Shown here: piece after piece, positions 32,940-45,088 of the stretch
Numbering within the stretch: the first letter of the stretch is position 1
How the letters are laid out: every line of letters begins with the position of its first letter
From: Planctomycetota bacterium
GTDB taxonomy: Bacteria; Planctomycetota; Phycisphaerae; Phycisphaerales; Phycisphaeraceae
NCBI GenBank assembly: GCA_029267795.1
Contig: JAJUHR010000001.1
Span: forward strand, 1 to 45,515
Length of the DNA: 45,515 bases
Direction of reading: 5' to 3'
Position numbers and translations under genes: made by a program
Notes under the pieces: generated by a model
Databases searched by the model: none
Told to the model about the DNA's origin: nothing
What the model saw: only the letters and a program-made list of their open reading frames with translations

Positions 32940-33266
32940 GTGGCACTTATGGACGGCGGAGACAGAAAGCAGGAGGGCTCACGACGGTCCACTGGAAGAC
33001 CGGTTGGGCGCCCTCCGAAGTGGGACAAAAAGCTAGAGTTGCCAATCATAATTCTTTATTATGAAAACGATTACCCAGCTGATAAGTTGCTCATGGATCC
33101 AGAGGCATTGCTAGGGTTCGTTAAAGAGTTACAGGAGCGGGTAGGGCATAAGCTAGACCCGCCCGCAGTGGCTGGGCAACTTTTAGCTTTGCGCAAACTG
33201 GGCAGGCTCCCTCGACTTGGCCGCGCCCATAAAGGGCCTAACTTCATATTTAGTATTGACTTGTAG
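32940..33266 (+). CDS. Hypothetical small protein in the AT-rich edge of the element
   Basis: 108-aa ORF. AGGAGA at 32929-32934 precedes GTG 32940 and ATG 32949. No motif recognised. Confidence 0.4.
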   Translation: MALMDGGDRKQEGSRRSTGRPVGRPPKWDKKLELPIIILYYENDYPADKLLMDPEALLGFVKELQERVGHKLDPPAVAGQLLALRKLGRLPRLGRAHKGPNFIFSIDL

Positions 33267-33425
33267 TTTTTGTGCAATTTCTGCGAAAAAATTTGCAATA
33301 TTCATGATTTGGTGTATATTTTTTTTAGCAGAAATGTTCAATTTTATTCCGGGAACAAGGATAATGCGCTGCAAGGAAATAGGCGTCGTGGGAAGAGACG
33401 CCGGCCAAGTCGAGGGAGGTGGACG

Positions 33426-33686
33426 ATGAACGACAGTCCACCCCCTTCTCAGTCTCGCTCACTCCTGTCCCACCTTGAAACGGCGGAGTTACTGAACATT
33501 TCGTCATCACATCTGTTTTCTCTGATCAAAAGAGGTCACTTCGGTCCCGAGCCAGTGCGGCTCGGGCGTTCGCGACGTTACAGGAGGGAAGAAGTTGAAG
33601 ATTGGATCGCGGCGGGTGCACCGCCAAGGGATCGTTGGCAAATCATGCGACATGGGAGGGATATGAAGCGATGGGGAAGAGGATGA
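33426..33686 (+). CDS. AlpA/excisionase-like HTH protein
   Basis: ATG 33426 follows GGGAGG. LLSHLETAELLNISSSHLFSLIKRGHFGPEPVRLGRSRRYRREEVEDWI. Confidence 0.75.
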   Translation: MNDSPPPSQSRSLLSHLETAELLNISSSHLFSLIKRGHFGPEPVRLGRSRRYRREEVEDWIAAGAPPRDRWQIMRHGRDMKRWGRG

Positions 33687-34042
33687 CTCCGCTAAAAGCG
33701 ATCAGGAAAAAGGTGCTCGAACTGAATTGCGGCAATAGAGAGGTAGTACGCATTGGATCAGTCAAAAGCCCTATGGATGTTCCTGCCGTATTGTGGCCGT
33801 ACAGGTTTGGTCGGATGCCCACCCCCGAGGAGCGGGCGAAATGCGGACCCGATTCGCCCTATGGCGAAATCCTCCGACCGCTCAAAGCTATAGGGGAATA
33901 CTGCCTCGATTGCAGCGGAGGATCGCGCAAAGCGGTCAAAGAATGTCCGTGCGTCAAGTGCCCACTTCATTCATATCGAGAAGGGAAGAACTTGGCCATG
34001 CGGCGGGCAGGTGCTCGCCCGCCTAGAGGCCGTCGTTTCTAA
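33683..34042 (+). CDS. Small Cys-rich (Zn-ribbon-like) phage/element protein
   Basis: ATG 33683 overlaps the upstream stop as ATGA. CLDCSGGSRKAVKECPCVKCPLHSYREGKN. Confidence 0.6.
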   Translation: MTPLKAIRKKVLELNCGNREVVRIGSVKSPMDVPAVLWPYRFGRMPTPEERAKCGPDSPYGEILRPLKAIGEYCLDCSGGSRKAVKECPCVKCPLHSYREGKNLAMRRAGARPPRGRRF

Positions 34043-34130
34043 AAAGGCCGGGGGCAAACAGCCCTTTCCTCATATCAGCAAACCCGGCGGTGGAGGGTCC
34101 ATCGCCCCAAATAAGGTACGGGAGAAAAAT

Positions 34131-35435
34131 ATGCTTTTGCCAAGCAAGCAGGTGGTTGCACGCACGCTCGGGCACATCGACAACAACCAATACCTGGAAG
34201 CTGCCCAGGACTACGCCATGCGGTTCGGTTGGACCATCATCCCCATCGGCGCGGGCGGCAAAACGCCGCCTCGAGGTGTGAAGTGGGAGCGGTATCAAGA
34301 AGGAGCACGTCCTTCTGATGAGGAATTTCGACGGTGGTTTTCAAGGGGCGATGTGGCTGGTCTAGCCGTTATCCATCGAGATGGTCTCTGTGTCCGCGAT
34401 TTCGACGACTCCCAGGCGTATGACCATTGGCAAGCGCATTACCCCGAGCTCGCCAAGTCACTTCCGGCGGTGAAAACGGCGAGGGGTTACCACGTCTATT
34501 TTCGGTGCCCGTCGGCCATGTACAAGAAGTTTGGTGATGGTGAGTTGAGAGTCGGAAGCGGCCACTACACCATCGTGCCCCCCTCGGCTCACGCCTCTGG
34601 GGCGATCTACCAATGGATGATCGAGCCCAACGGAGACATCCCAATCATCGATGATCCAAAGACCGCTGGACTCGTTCCTGCGAGTGATGAGCATAACCGG
34701 GAGTTACTTAGCAAAGATCGACTCCCTGTAACCCCCCTAAATCCCCCTCTATTGAGTGAGTCTGATGTGTCTGATGAGTCTGATATGTCTGATATGTCTG
34801 ATGTGTTTGATGTGTCAAAGTTGGGGCTAGACGAAGCGAGTTGGGCTGCGATAAAGAGCACACTGCCTACAGCAGCGGGCCAGCGAAACCGTCGCATCTT
34901 CAACCTTGTGATGGTGCTGCGAAGGCAAGGATTCCAGAGCGTTCAGCAGTGCAAGCCCATTGTTCAGTTTTGGCATCAACGGGCATTGCCTGCGATCCGA
35001 ACGAAAAATTTTCTGGAGACTTGGACAGACTTCCTGAACGCGTGGGAAAACTACGATCCGGAGAAGGAAGGCCGCCTGGGCAGGGCCATCGCGAAGGCAA
35101 CCGCGCTGACGCCCCCAGCGTCAATCGCGGAGTTCCAAGACGAGCTCTTAAACGTGGTCTGTTGTACGTGCCACGTGCTGGCCATTGAGGGGAAGGGCAG
35201 ATTTTGGTTGAGTGGCCGCGCGCTAGCACTTCCATTGGGCGTTGATCACCGTCGAGTATACGATTGTGTCGACGTTCTCATCTTCGAAGGGATCATCAAG
35301 GTTGTGCAGGAACACTCGCCTAAAAGGGCGCGGGAATTTGAATGGCTGCTCCCGTTGGGTGATGAGCAGCTTCTACAACCCAGTCTTTCCGAAATCTCCG
35401 CGGGCAATGTGGGTATGGAGGACGTTTCCAAGTAG
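34131..35435 (+). CDS. Bifunctional DNA primase/polymerase (PrimPol N-terminal domain) replication protein
   Basis: ATG 34131 follows GGGAGAAAA. FGWTIIPIGAGGKTPPRGVKWERYQ, GLAVIHRDGLCVRDFD, TARGYHVYFRCP, GSGHYTIVPPSAHASGAIYQW. The ORF track starts at GTG 34011. Confidence 0.8.
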   Translation: MLLPSKQVVARTLGHIDNNQYLEAAQDYAMRFGWTIIPIGAGGKTPPRGVKWERYQEGARPSDEEFRRWFSRGDVAGLAVIHRDGLCVRDFDDSQAYDHWQAHYPELAKSLPAVKTARGYHVYFRCPSAMYKKFGDGELRVGSGHYTIVPPSAHASGAIYQWMIEPNGDIPIIDDPKTAGLVPASDEHNRELLSKDRLPVTPLNPPLLSESDVSDESDMSDMSDVFDVSKLGLDEASWAAIKSTLPTAAGQRNRRIFNLVMVLRRQGFQSVQQCKPIVQFWHQRALPAIRTKNFLETWTDFLNAWENYDPEKEGRLGRAIAKATALTPPASIAEFQDELLNVVCCTCHVLAIEGKGRFWLSGRALALPLGVDHRRVYDCVDVLIFEGIIKVVQEHSPKRAREFEWLLPLGDEQLLQPSLSEISAGNVGMEDVSK

Positions 35436-35536
35436 GGAATGGTAGCTGTGGCGAGTTACCCATGCGCTTGCCCGCAAAAATGCCACTTTGCCCTAAGGAA
35501 TTTGAGGATCGAGGATGCTCCTTGAAGGAGGTATGC

Positions 35537-35809
35537 ATGGAGAAGATCAGCGACACTCTCAGAAGAGAATTGAGGGGGGTTGGGCAGACCCATGTGATGG
35601 TTGCCCAAGGTTGTGACCTAAGCCCCTCATCGATCAGCCGGTTCGCGGCGGGGCATAGCGGCCTCTCGTTAGACGCGGCCGATAGGCTCGCCAACTACTT
35701 GGGGCTGCTGCTCGTTTCCGAAAGCGACTGGCGGAGGCGAGAGTCCGTGTGGCGGCTATGGTGTCAGGGGCGGCTGACAAGGGCCGATCCGAAACAGGGC
35801 GGGGGCTAA
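35537..35809 (+). CDS. XRE-like HTH protein
   Basis: ATG 35537 lies 6 nt after GAAGGAGG. GQTHVMVAQGCDLSPSSISRFAAGHSGLSLDAADRLANYLGL. Confidence 0.6.
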   Translation: MEKISDTLRRELRGVGQTHVMVAQGCDLSPSSISRFAAGHSGLSLDAADRLANYLGLLLVSESDWRRRESVWRLWCQGRLTRADPKQGGG

Positions 35810-36240
35810 GACAAGGAAGCATCATCGGTTGGGCCGGCGGATATGGTGTTATCCAGGCGCGTGAAAAATCTTGCACTCCCGGCAATCGCATATCCCGACG
35901 AATTTCGACACATACTTGGCGGAGCGATGGTTGTTCTAAGATCTGACAGAGTGCATACTTGAGTTGGTGAAAGCCAAACGACCAGGCTGAGCGGATCAGC
36001 TTCGACGGAGCATCGGTGCAAGCGGTCTAAGCCGCTACCGCACCTGCAAAGAGGTTGGGCCGACTCAAAGCACCATGTCACGATTCATGGGCGGGAGAAG
36101 GGGACTGTCGTTAGAGATGGTGGATCGGATAGCCGGCCCATCGGAATTAACCCCGTCAGGGTGGGCGAACAGCAGGGGGAGCGAGACGAAGCGGCGAAGA
36201 ACAAGCCGCAAGCGTAAGGTTAGGGAAGGAGAAAATCGTC

Positions 36241-37797
36241 ATGAAGATTCGGCGGATGACCTATACGAAGGATGGACAGCGGCACCAGAGCGAGAAGTTT
36301 TACGCTGTCTTCGTGGACTATTCGGAGGCGCTGCGTCGCCTGCCGCTGTTTTCCGATCGCAAGGCATCGGAAGAGGCGGCACGCAAGATCGACAAGCTGA
36401 ACCAGCGCCGGGCGGCCGGTGATACGCTCCCACCCGAGTTGACGCGATTCGTAGAATCGCTGCCCGCGAGCATCCGCGATCGTCTGGCCGAGTGGGGGAT
36501 CATCGACCCGGCGCGCGTAGCGGCAGCCAAGCCATTACAGGAGCACGTCACCGACTGGGAGGCCTCGCTGCTGGCCAAGGGCAACACCGAGCGGCACGCA
36601 GAGCTGGTTGCCAGCCGCGCCCGCAAGATCTTCGACGCCTGTGGATTCGTGTACTGGTCGGATATCTCTGCGAGCAAGCTGCAATCCGAGTTGGCCGAGA
36701 TGCGGAAGGGTGAGCGGGGCATTGCTGCCCAGACGCACAATTTCTACCTGCAGGCGGCCAAGCAGTTCTGCCGGTGGATGGTTCGGGACGGCAGGGCGAC
36801 GGAGTCGCCGTTGGCTCACCTGCAGGGGCTGAACGTCAAGACCGATCGCCGGCGCGACCGGCGGCCGCTGTCAGCCGAGGAAATCCGACGCTTGTTGGCC
36901 GCGGCATCTTCTGTGGGTGTCCGCCACGGTATGTCGGGTCCGGAGCGGGCCTTGCTTTACCGCTTGGCTGTGGAAACCGGGCTGCGGGCCGGCGAAATCA
37001 GAAGCCTGACGCGGGCTTCGTTCGACCTGGATTCAAGCACGCCCACCGTGACCATCGAGGCTGCCTACGCCAAGAATCGTCGGCGGGACACGTTGCCTCT
37101 ACGCAGCGATACGGCGGCACTCCTCCGCCAGCACCTATCGGACAAATTGCCATCCGCGCCAGCGTTCAAGGTCCCCTCTCGTCGCCAAGTGGCGAGCATG
37201 ATCCGTGCCGACTTGGCTGACGCCCGCAAGGCATGGCTGGAAGAGGCGGTGACGCCACAAGAGCGGGCTGAACGGGAAGCCAGTGCATTCCTTGCCTACC
37301 GCGACGATGCCGGCCGGGTGGCGGACTTTCACGCTCTTCGGCACACCTTCATCTCCAACCTCGCCGCTGGCGGGGTGCACCCGAAAACAGCCCAGGCGCT
37401 AGCGCGGCACTCGACAATCACGCTCACCATGGACCGCTACTCGCACGTGTACCGCGGCGAGTTGGCTTCCGCGCTCGACGTGCTGCCCGATTTGTCTGCG
37501 CCCTTGACGGGTCGCACCGCGGCCACCGGCACCCACGACCAGCCGATTCGGCTTGCAGCCAGCTTGCCACCCAAGGGCGGAACAGGGCGGAGTTTGATGG
37601 AGTCTGGTGGAGTGAACCGCGATGACGATGCGGATCGCCTCGCCGATATCGAAATGCTGGCACATCGCGGAAATACGCGGTCGGACGAAGGGTTGGAAGC
37701 GGTGGGGGTGGGATTCGAACCCACGATCGGGACGAGCCCGATGCCGGTTTTCAAGACCGGTCCATTCAACCACTCTGGCACCCCACCGGCCCGGTGA
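36241..37797 (+). CDS. Tyrosine recombinase/phage integrase
   Basis: AAGGAGAAAATCGTC precedes ATG 36241. Motifs: LAVETGLRAGEIRSL, HALRHTFISNLAAGGVHPKTAQALARHSTITLTMDRYSHV. The last ~32 codons (VGVGFEPT...FKTGPFNHSGTPP) are the antisense reading of the tRNA, so the real C-terminus may be shorter or only fortuitously open. Confidence 0.85.
   Translation: MKIRRMTYTKDGQRHQSEKFYAVFVDYSEALRRLPLFSDRKASEEAARKIDKLNQRRAAGDTLPPELTRFVESLPASIRDRLAEWGIIDPARVAAAKPLQEHVTDWEASLLAKGNTERHAELVASRARKIFDACGFVYWSDISASKLQSELAEMRKGERGIAAQTHNFYLQAAKQFCRWMVRDGRATESPLAHLQGLNVKTDRRRDRRPLSAEEIRRLLAAASSVGVRHGMSGPERALLYRLAVETGLRAGEIRSLTRASFDLDSSTPTVTIEAAYAKNRRRDTLPLRSDTAALLRQHLSDKLPSAPAFKVPSRRQVASMIRADLADARKAWLEEAVTPQERAEREASAFLAYRDDAGRVADFHALRHTFISNLAAGGVHPKTAQALARHSTITLTMDRYSHVYRGELASALDVLPDLSAPLTGRTAATGTHDQPIRLAASLPPKGGTGRSLMESGGVNRDDDADRLADIEMLAHRGNTRSDEGLEAVGVGFEPTIGTSPMPVFKTGPFNHSGTPPAR
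37700..37787 (-). tRNA. tRNA-Ser (anticodon UGA), type II with a long variable arm; CCA not encoded
   Basis: The minus strand reads GGTGGGG-TG-CCAGAGTGGTTGAATGGA-CCGGT-CTTGAAA-ACCGG-CATCGGGCTCGTCCCGATC-GTGGG-TTCGAAT-CCCAC-CCCCACC-G. The 7-bp acceptor stem, 5-bp anticodon stem and T stem were checked by hand. Confidence 0.93.
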
Positions 37798-38078
37798 TTT
37801 TAGCGGTGAACCATCGGGCCGATCCCTTATTTTTTCTTGGGTTTTCGGGCTTCGGCGGAACCGGGCTCAGTATACCAGAGCCTCCCACGGGCCCAGGGAA
37901 AGCTCCCCTTCAGGGCGGGGCATACCCGTCGACCCTCGGCGAGTGCGAGGAACTTGCAAACAGATCGCCGACAGCGGTTCTTTCTCCCGTGGTTGGAGTC
38001 TGTCCGCCCTCGTATCGAAAGACGCTTTGTCGGTTGAGCATTTCGGTTTCTAATAGGTGTATCCCGACCCCCCAGGGG

Positions 38079-40883
38079 ATGGACTGTCCCATGTTAACCC
38101 CATCGAAGCAATCGAACCGGTGGCACCAACTCGAGGCGGAAGAAGTCGTGCGGCTGCTGGACGCAGACGTGCGTATGGGGCTGACTACAGCGGAAGTCAA
38201 ACGCCGCCAGGCTCAATATGGTTTGAACCGGGTTGCCGCTAAGCGTGGCACACCCGCATGGAAACGATTCCTTCTCCAGTTCTATCAGCCCCTGGTTTAC
38301 ATCCTGCTGGGGGCTGCCCTCGTCACGATCTGGCTCGGCGAATACGTGGACGCATCGGTGATTTTCGGGGTGGTTTTGGTCAACGCCGTCGTTGGCTATG
38401 TGCAGGAGGCCAAAGCCGAGAGAGCGATCGAGGCGCTCTCGAGGATGGTGGTGACCGAGGCCACGGTGCGACGCGATGGACGAAACCAGCGTGTACCCTC
38501 GGCGGAGCTGGTGCCCGGCGACGTCGTGCTGTTGCGGTCGGGCGACCGGATCCCGGCGGACCTGCGGCTGTTTCACGTGCGCAGCCTACAGGTGGATGAG
38601 TCGGCCCTCACCGGGGAGTCGGTGCCCGTGCACAAGACCTCCGATCCCCTGGCGCTCGACACGCTCCTAGCCGACCGCAAGAACCTCGCGTTTGCAGGCA
38701 CGCTGGTCACCTACGGTCACGCTGAGGGGTTGGTGTGGGCGACCGGAGACCGTACGGAGACCGGTCGCATCGCTTGGCTTATCTCAGAGGCCACCGATCT
38801 TTCCACGCCTCTGACGAAAAAGATCGCACAATTTAGCAAGCTCCTGCTCAAGGTCATCCTCGGCTTCGCTGGCGTCACGTTCGCGATCGGGCTGTGGCAG
38901 GGCGAAGGGGTCGCCGAGATGTTCATGGCCGCCGTGGCTCTGGCGGTCGGGGCGATCCCGGAGGGGCTGCCCGCGGCGGTGACAATCACGCTGGCCATCG
39001 GCGTCACGCGTATGGCCAAGCGGCGCGCGATCATCCGAAAGCTGCCGGCCGTGGAAACCCTCGGCAGCACCACCGTCATCTGCTCCGACAAGACCGGCAC
39101 CCTCACCGAAAATCAGATGACGGTGCAAGAGATCTTTGCGGGCGGGAAGCTCTTTGATGTCTCAGGCGCAGGGTACGAGCCGATCGGACAGATCCGCCAC
39201 GATGGGCAGCCGGTGGTCATGCGCAATCACGAGGCGTTAACCGAGTGCCTCAAGGCCGGCCTGCTGTGCAACGACTCCCAGTTGGTTCGTGAAGAGGGCC
39301 GGCTCGTGGTGCAGGGCGACCCCACCGAAGCCGCGCTGATTGTGGTGGCGCAAAAGGCAGGGCTGGCGGGGGCCGATCTTGCTCAATTCCACCCCCGCCT
39401 CGATGTGATCCCCTTCGAGTCCGAACATCAGTTCATGGCCACACTTCACGGCATAGGGGGGCTGGGCGAGCGGATTATCTACAAGAAGGGCGCGGTGGAG
39501 CGCCTGCTCGATCGATGCACCGATGCACTCGACAACCATGGGCGAACCGTGGCGCTGGACAAAGAACGGGTACACCGCGCAGCCGAGCAGATGGCCGCCA
39601 AGGGACTGCGGGTGCTTGCCTTCGCTCGCCGCGGCGCCACACGCGAGCATGGGCGGCTGGAGCACCACCATGTCGCGGCGGGCCTGACTTTTCTCGGCCT
39701 GCAGGGCATGATCGACCCGCCGCGTCCCGAGGCGATCGCCGCTGTCAAACGCTGCAAGCGGGCCGGCATCCGTGTGAAGATGATCACCGGCGACCACGTT
39801 CTGACCGCCAAGGCGATCGCCCAGCAGATCGGGCTGATGGACACCACCGACCTGCGGGACCAGGCGCCGCCCTTCGCTCACCCAAGCCATGACCCCCTGG
39901 CCGTTACCGGCCACGAGCTGGATCGGCTTTCCGACGAAGATCTCGGCGACGTGGCCGACCGCGCCGTCGTCTTCGCCCGGGTTGCGCCCGAGCAGAAGCT
40001 CCGCCTGGTCAAGGCGCTGCAGTCGCGGGGCCACGTCGTGGCGATGACCGGGGACGGGGTCAACGACGCCCCCGCACTCAAGCAGGCCGACATCGGCATC
40101 GCCATGGGCATCAGCGGGACCGATGCGGCCAAGGGGGCCGCGGACATGATCCTCACCGATGACAATTTCGCCTCGATCGAGGCGGCCGTGGAAGAGGGCC
40201 GCGGCATCTTCGACAACCTGACGAAATTCATCGTCTGGACGTTGCCGACCAACGGCGGCGAGGCATCGATCCTCCTCTCCGCCGTGTGTTTGGGCGCCAC
40301 CTTGCCGGCGCTACCAGTACAGCTGCTGTGGATCAACATGAGCACCGCCATCCTGCTGGGGCTATTCCTTGTCTTCGAGCCTATGGAGCGCGATCTGATG
40401 GAGCGGCCGCCGCGAGACCCCGGGCAGCCCATCCTCACCTTCCCCCTGATTATGCGGACCGGTTTGGTTACGTTGCTGATGCTGGCCGGTGCGTTTGGCT
40501 TGTTCCTCTGGGAGCAGGAATATCACGGGGCCAGCCTGCCGCAGGCCCGCACCATCGTGGTCAATGTCGTCGTGACGGTGGAGCTGTTTTACTTGCTGAA
40601 TTGTCGCTCGCTGACCCGATCGATGTTTTCGGTGGGTCTGTTCAGCAATCCTTGGCTCTTGGCGGGTTGCGCAGCGATGGTCGCCTCCCAACTGCTGCTG
40701 ACTTACGTGCCGGTCATGAACCGGCTTTTTCACACCGCGCCAATTAGCGGTGCCGCCTGGCTGCGTGTCGTGGGTGTGGCTTTGGCGGTTTACCTCGTTG
40801 TGGGTTTCGAAAAATGGATACGATTTCGACTGGAAAGACGACCTCGCTCGCGGGCAATCGCCCCGAAGGGAACCGATACCTGA
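38079..40883 (+). CDS. Cation-transporting P-type ATPase (P2-type, Ca2+/Mg2+-ATPase-like)
   Basis: ICSDKTGTLTENQM (phosphorylation site), KMITGDH, VAMTGDGVNDAPALKQADIGIAMG. The likely start is ATG 38079 or 38091. The ORF-track start at 37794 overlaps the tRNA. Confidence 0.93.
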   Translation: MDCPMLTPSKQSNRWHQLEAEEVVRLLDADVRMGLTTAEVKRRQAQYGLNRVAAKRGTPAWKRFLLQFYQPLVYILLGAALVTIWLGEYVDASVIFGVVLVNAVVGYVQEAKAERAIEALSRMVVTEATVRRDGRNQRVPSAELVPGDVVLLRSGDRIPADLRLFHVRSLQVDESALTGESVPVHKTSDPLALDTLLADRKNLAFAGTLVTYGHAEGLVWATGDRTETGRIAWLISEATDLSTPLTKKIAQFSKLLLKVILGFAGVTFAIGLWQGEGVAEMFMAAVALAVGAIPEGLPAAVTITLAIGVTRMAKRRAIIRKLPAVETLGSTTVICSDKTGTLTENQMTVQEIFAGGKLFDVSGAGYEPIGQIRHDGQPVVMRNHEALTECLKAGLLCNDSQLVREEGRLVVQGDPTEAALIVVAQKAGLAGADLAQFHPRLDVIPFESEHQFMATLHGIGGLGERIIYKKGAVERLLDRCTDALDNHGRTVALDKERVHRAAEQMAAKGLRVLAFARRGATREHGRLEHHHVAAGLTFLGLQGMIDPPRPEAIAAVKRCKRAGIRVKMITGDHVLTAKAIAQQIGLMDTTDLRDQAPPFAHPSHDPLAVTGHELDRLSDEDLGDVADRAVVFARVAPEQKLRLVKALQSRGHVVAMTGDGVNDAPALKQADIGIAMGISGTDAAKGAADMILTDDNFASIEAAVEEGRGIFDNLTKFIVWTLPTNGGEASILLSAVCLGATLPALPVQLLWINMSTAILLGLFLVFEPMERDLMERPPRDPGQPILTFPLIMRTGLVTLLMLAGAFGLFLWEQEYHGASLPQARTIVVNVVVTVELFYLLNCRSLTRSMFSVGLFSNPWLLAGCAAMVASQLLLTYVPVMNRLFHTAPISGAAWLRVVGVALAVYLVVGFEKWIRFRLERRPRSRAIAPKGTDT

Positions 40884-40998
40884 TCTCTTTCTTCTTCGAT
40901 CGTCTCGGTGCGACCATCACCGTCGGTACAATGGCCTACCGCAGCAAGGAACCCATGGAGGGGGCACAAAGCCTCGCTATATCGCGGAGCCTCGACCG

Positions 40999-41376
40999 AT
41001 GAAGCCCAGTAGCAAAACGCTCATCTTCCCACTCCTGCTGATCACTATCGGGCTCGGTTGGTTGCTCACCACCCTGGGCGTCGCCCCAGGCATCGATTGG
41101 GTCTGGACCCTGAGCCTTGCAGCCATGGGGCTGCTCGCTTTCTTCATCGCCGGTTGCGACAAGATCACCATCGTCGTCGGCCCCTTCTTCTTCATCGCCA
41201 GCGTTCTATCGGTGCTGCGCCAAACCGGTCGGCTTCGGGTCGACGTGGAAATCCCGGTATTGGTGATTGTTGCGGGCGTCTTGCTCCTGATCGCCCGCTC
41301 TCCCGCGGGTCCCATCCCTAAATGGGTGACGGAGCAGTCGGAACTTTCCAGTTCGGCCAAGTCCCCTCCCAAATGA
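40999..41376 (+). CDS. Small multi-pass membrane protein, function unknown
   Basis: ATG 40999. Hydrophobic segments: LIFPLLLITIGLGWLLTTLGV, WTLSLAAMGLLAFFIAG, IVVGPFFFIASVLSVL, IPVLVIVAGVLLLIA. Confidence 0.55.
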   Translation: MKPSSKTLIFPLLLITIGLGWLLTTLGVAPGIDWVWTLSLAAMGLLAFFIAGCDKITIVVGPFFFIASVLSVLRQTGRLRVDVEIPVLVIVAGVLLLIARSPAGPIPKWVTEQSELSSSAKSPPK

Positions 41377-41830
41377 CCGAGCTTCATTGAGAGTTTACGT
41401 CAAGACACGCGGGTGAGATACGATGTGCAGCGTCCAAATAGGGTGTCCCATTGGGCTTTCCACCGCAGCCCCCCAGCAAGATTGTCCACCTGCTGAGTGC
41501 TACCCATCTTTTATGCGCGACTTGCGACGAGTCCCCCAGGATCTTCGACCGGGCTCGTCTCAAGTTCGGGCACGAACGGCCTACGTGGTTGGCGGTATCC
41601 CGAAAACCTGGGCTGCTCGCATCCTTCCAATTGAGTGGGGTTGCTTCGTGGCTCGAATTTGGCGCCGGCCCCCCACGAACTTGTAATCTTAACAGGTTCT
41701 CCACGAGGGCAGATAAGCGTCGTTATTCATTAATTGACAAAATCTTATAAATTATTTATTTCGGATTGCTTCGAGGCTTCATAGCTTGAAGGCCCCAAGA
41801 TTCTGCCGATTCTTCGGGTTTGTGTGCCGC

Positions 41831-41858
41831 TTGACACGGCTTCGCAATGGGCTAATAT
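41831..41858 (+). promoter_or_regulatory. Candidate sigma70-type promoter of the 23S-5S rRNA operon
   Basis: TTGACA (41831-41836), a 16-nt spacer, then TAATAT (41853-41858). An AT-rich block at 41728-41765 lies upstream (UP-element-like) and contains a second TTGACA at 41734-41739. Confidence 0.55.
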
Positions 41859-42006
41859 TCCTCGTTCCTTCGGGTCGATACGAGTCTCGTTCTTGAGGTC
41901 GTACGTCGCGAGGCTTGGAGCCGAGGGTAGCTAAGCTTTTTCTGAGCGAGTCAGTCCAGTCCGGAAGTTGGTCTTCAGCACCGGATCGTGGGACGCTTGC
42001 TCTATC

Positions 42007-42018
42007 GTTCTTTGATAA
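42007..42018 (+). promoter_or_regulatory. boxA-like antitermination element in the rRNA leader
   Basis: GTTCTTTGATAA, preceded by TGCTCTATC, resembles the boxA consensus TGCTCTTTAACAA. Confidence 0.3.
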
Positions 42019-42232
42019 GTGAATACCCAAGCTGAAGTATGCGGATGCATACACCGAGAGCGAAGCTCTTGAGGAGCTTGCCCGCGTCTAGCGATCCGCC
42101 GTAAGGCGGTGAGCGAGGCGCGGGTCGCTGCGCTGTCAATCGTGGCGCAGCGGTTCGTATCGATCTGCGATCGATCCGCCGGGGTGGCTCTGTTTTCGAG
42201 TCTACTTCCGGAGGGTCGGTTTCTGGTCGATG

Positions 42233-45088
<2,856 letters not shown>

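Larger units (their letters stand above)
32830..37699 (+). mobile_element. About 5 kb integrative element (or remnant) inserted at the 3' end of tRNA-Ser; the left boundary is uncertain
   Basis: A tyrosine integrase abuts the tRNA 3' end. Also present are an AlpA-like HTH, a Zn-ribbon protein, a PrimPol and an XRE-like HTH, all on the + strand. The sequence switches sharply to AT-rich at about 32830-33420. Confidence 0.55.

Noticed and set aside
36075-36422. 115-aa ORF beginning MSRFMGGRRGLSLEMVDRIA, similar to the tail of the upstream XRE-like HTH
   Set aside because: It overlaps the integrase start by ~180 nt, is Arg/Ser/Lys-rich after the first 20 aa, and has an in-frame stop just upstream. 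It is probably a duplicated HTH fragment, not a gene.
37794-38078. N-terminal ~95-aa extension of the P-type ATPase ORF
   Set aside because: It starts inside the tRNA flank and has no ATPase homology. The conserved N-terminus (WHQLEAEEVVRLL...GLTTAEVKRRQAQYGLN) begins right after ATG 38079/38091.
40750-40998. Upstream extension of the small membrane protein ORF
   Set aside because: It overlaps the ATPase 3' end in another frame. The hydrophobic protein starts sensibly at ATG 40999.
41384-41750. ORFs 41384..41704 (-), 41423..41686 (+) and 41451..41750 (+) between the membrane protein and the rRNA promoter
   Set aside because: They overlap one another, have no motifs, and their composition is not protein-like. 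The region is left unannotated.
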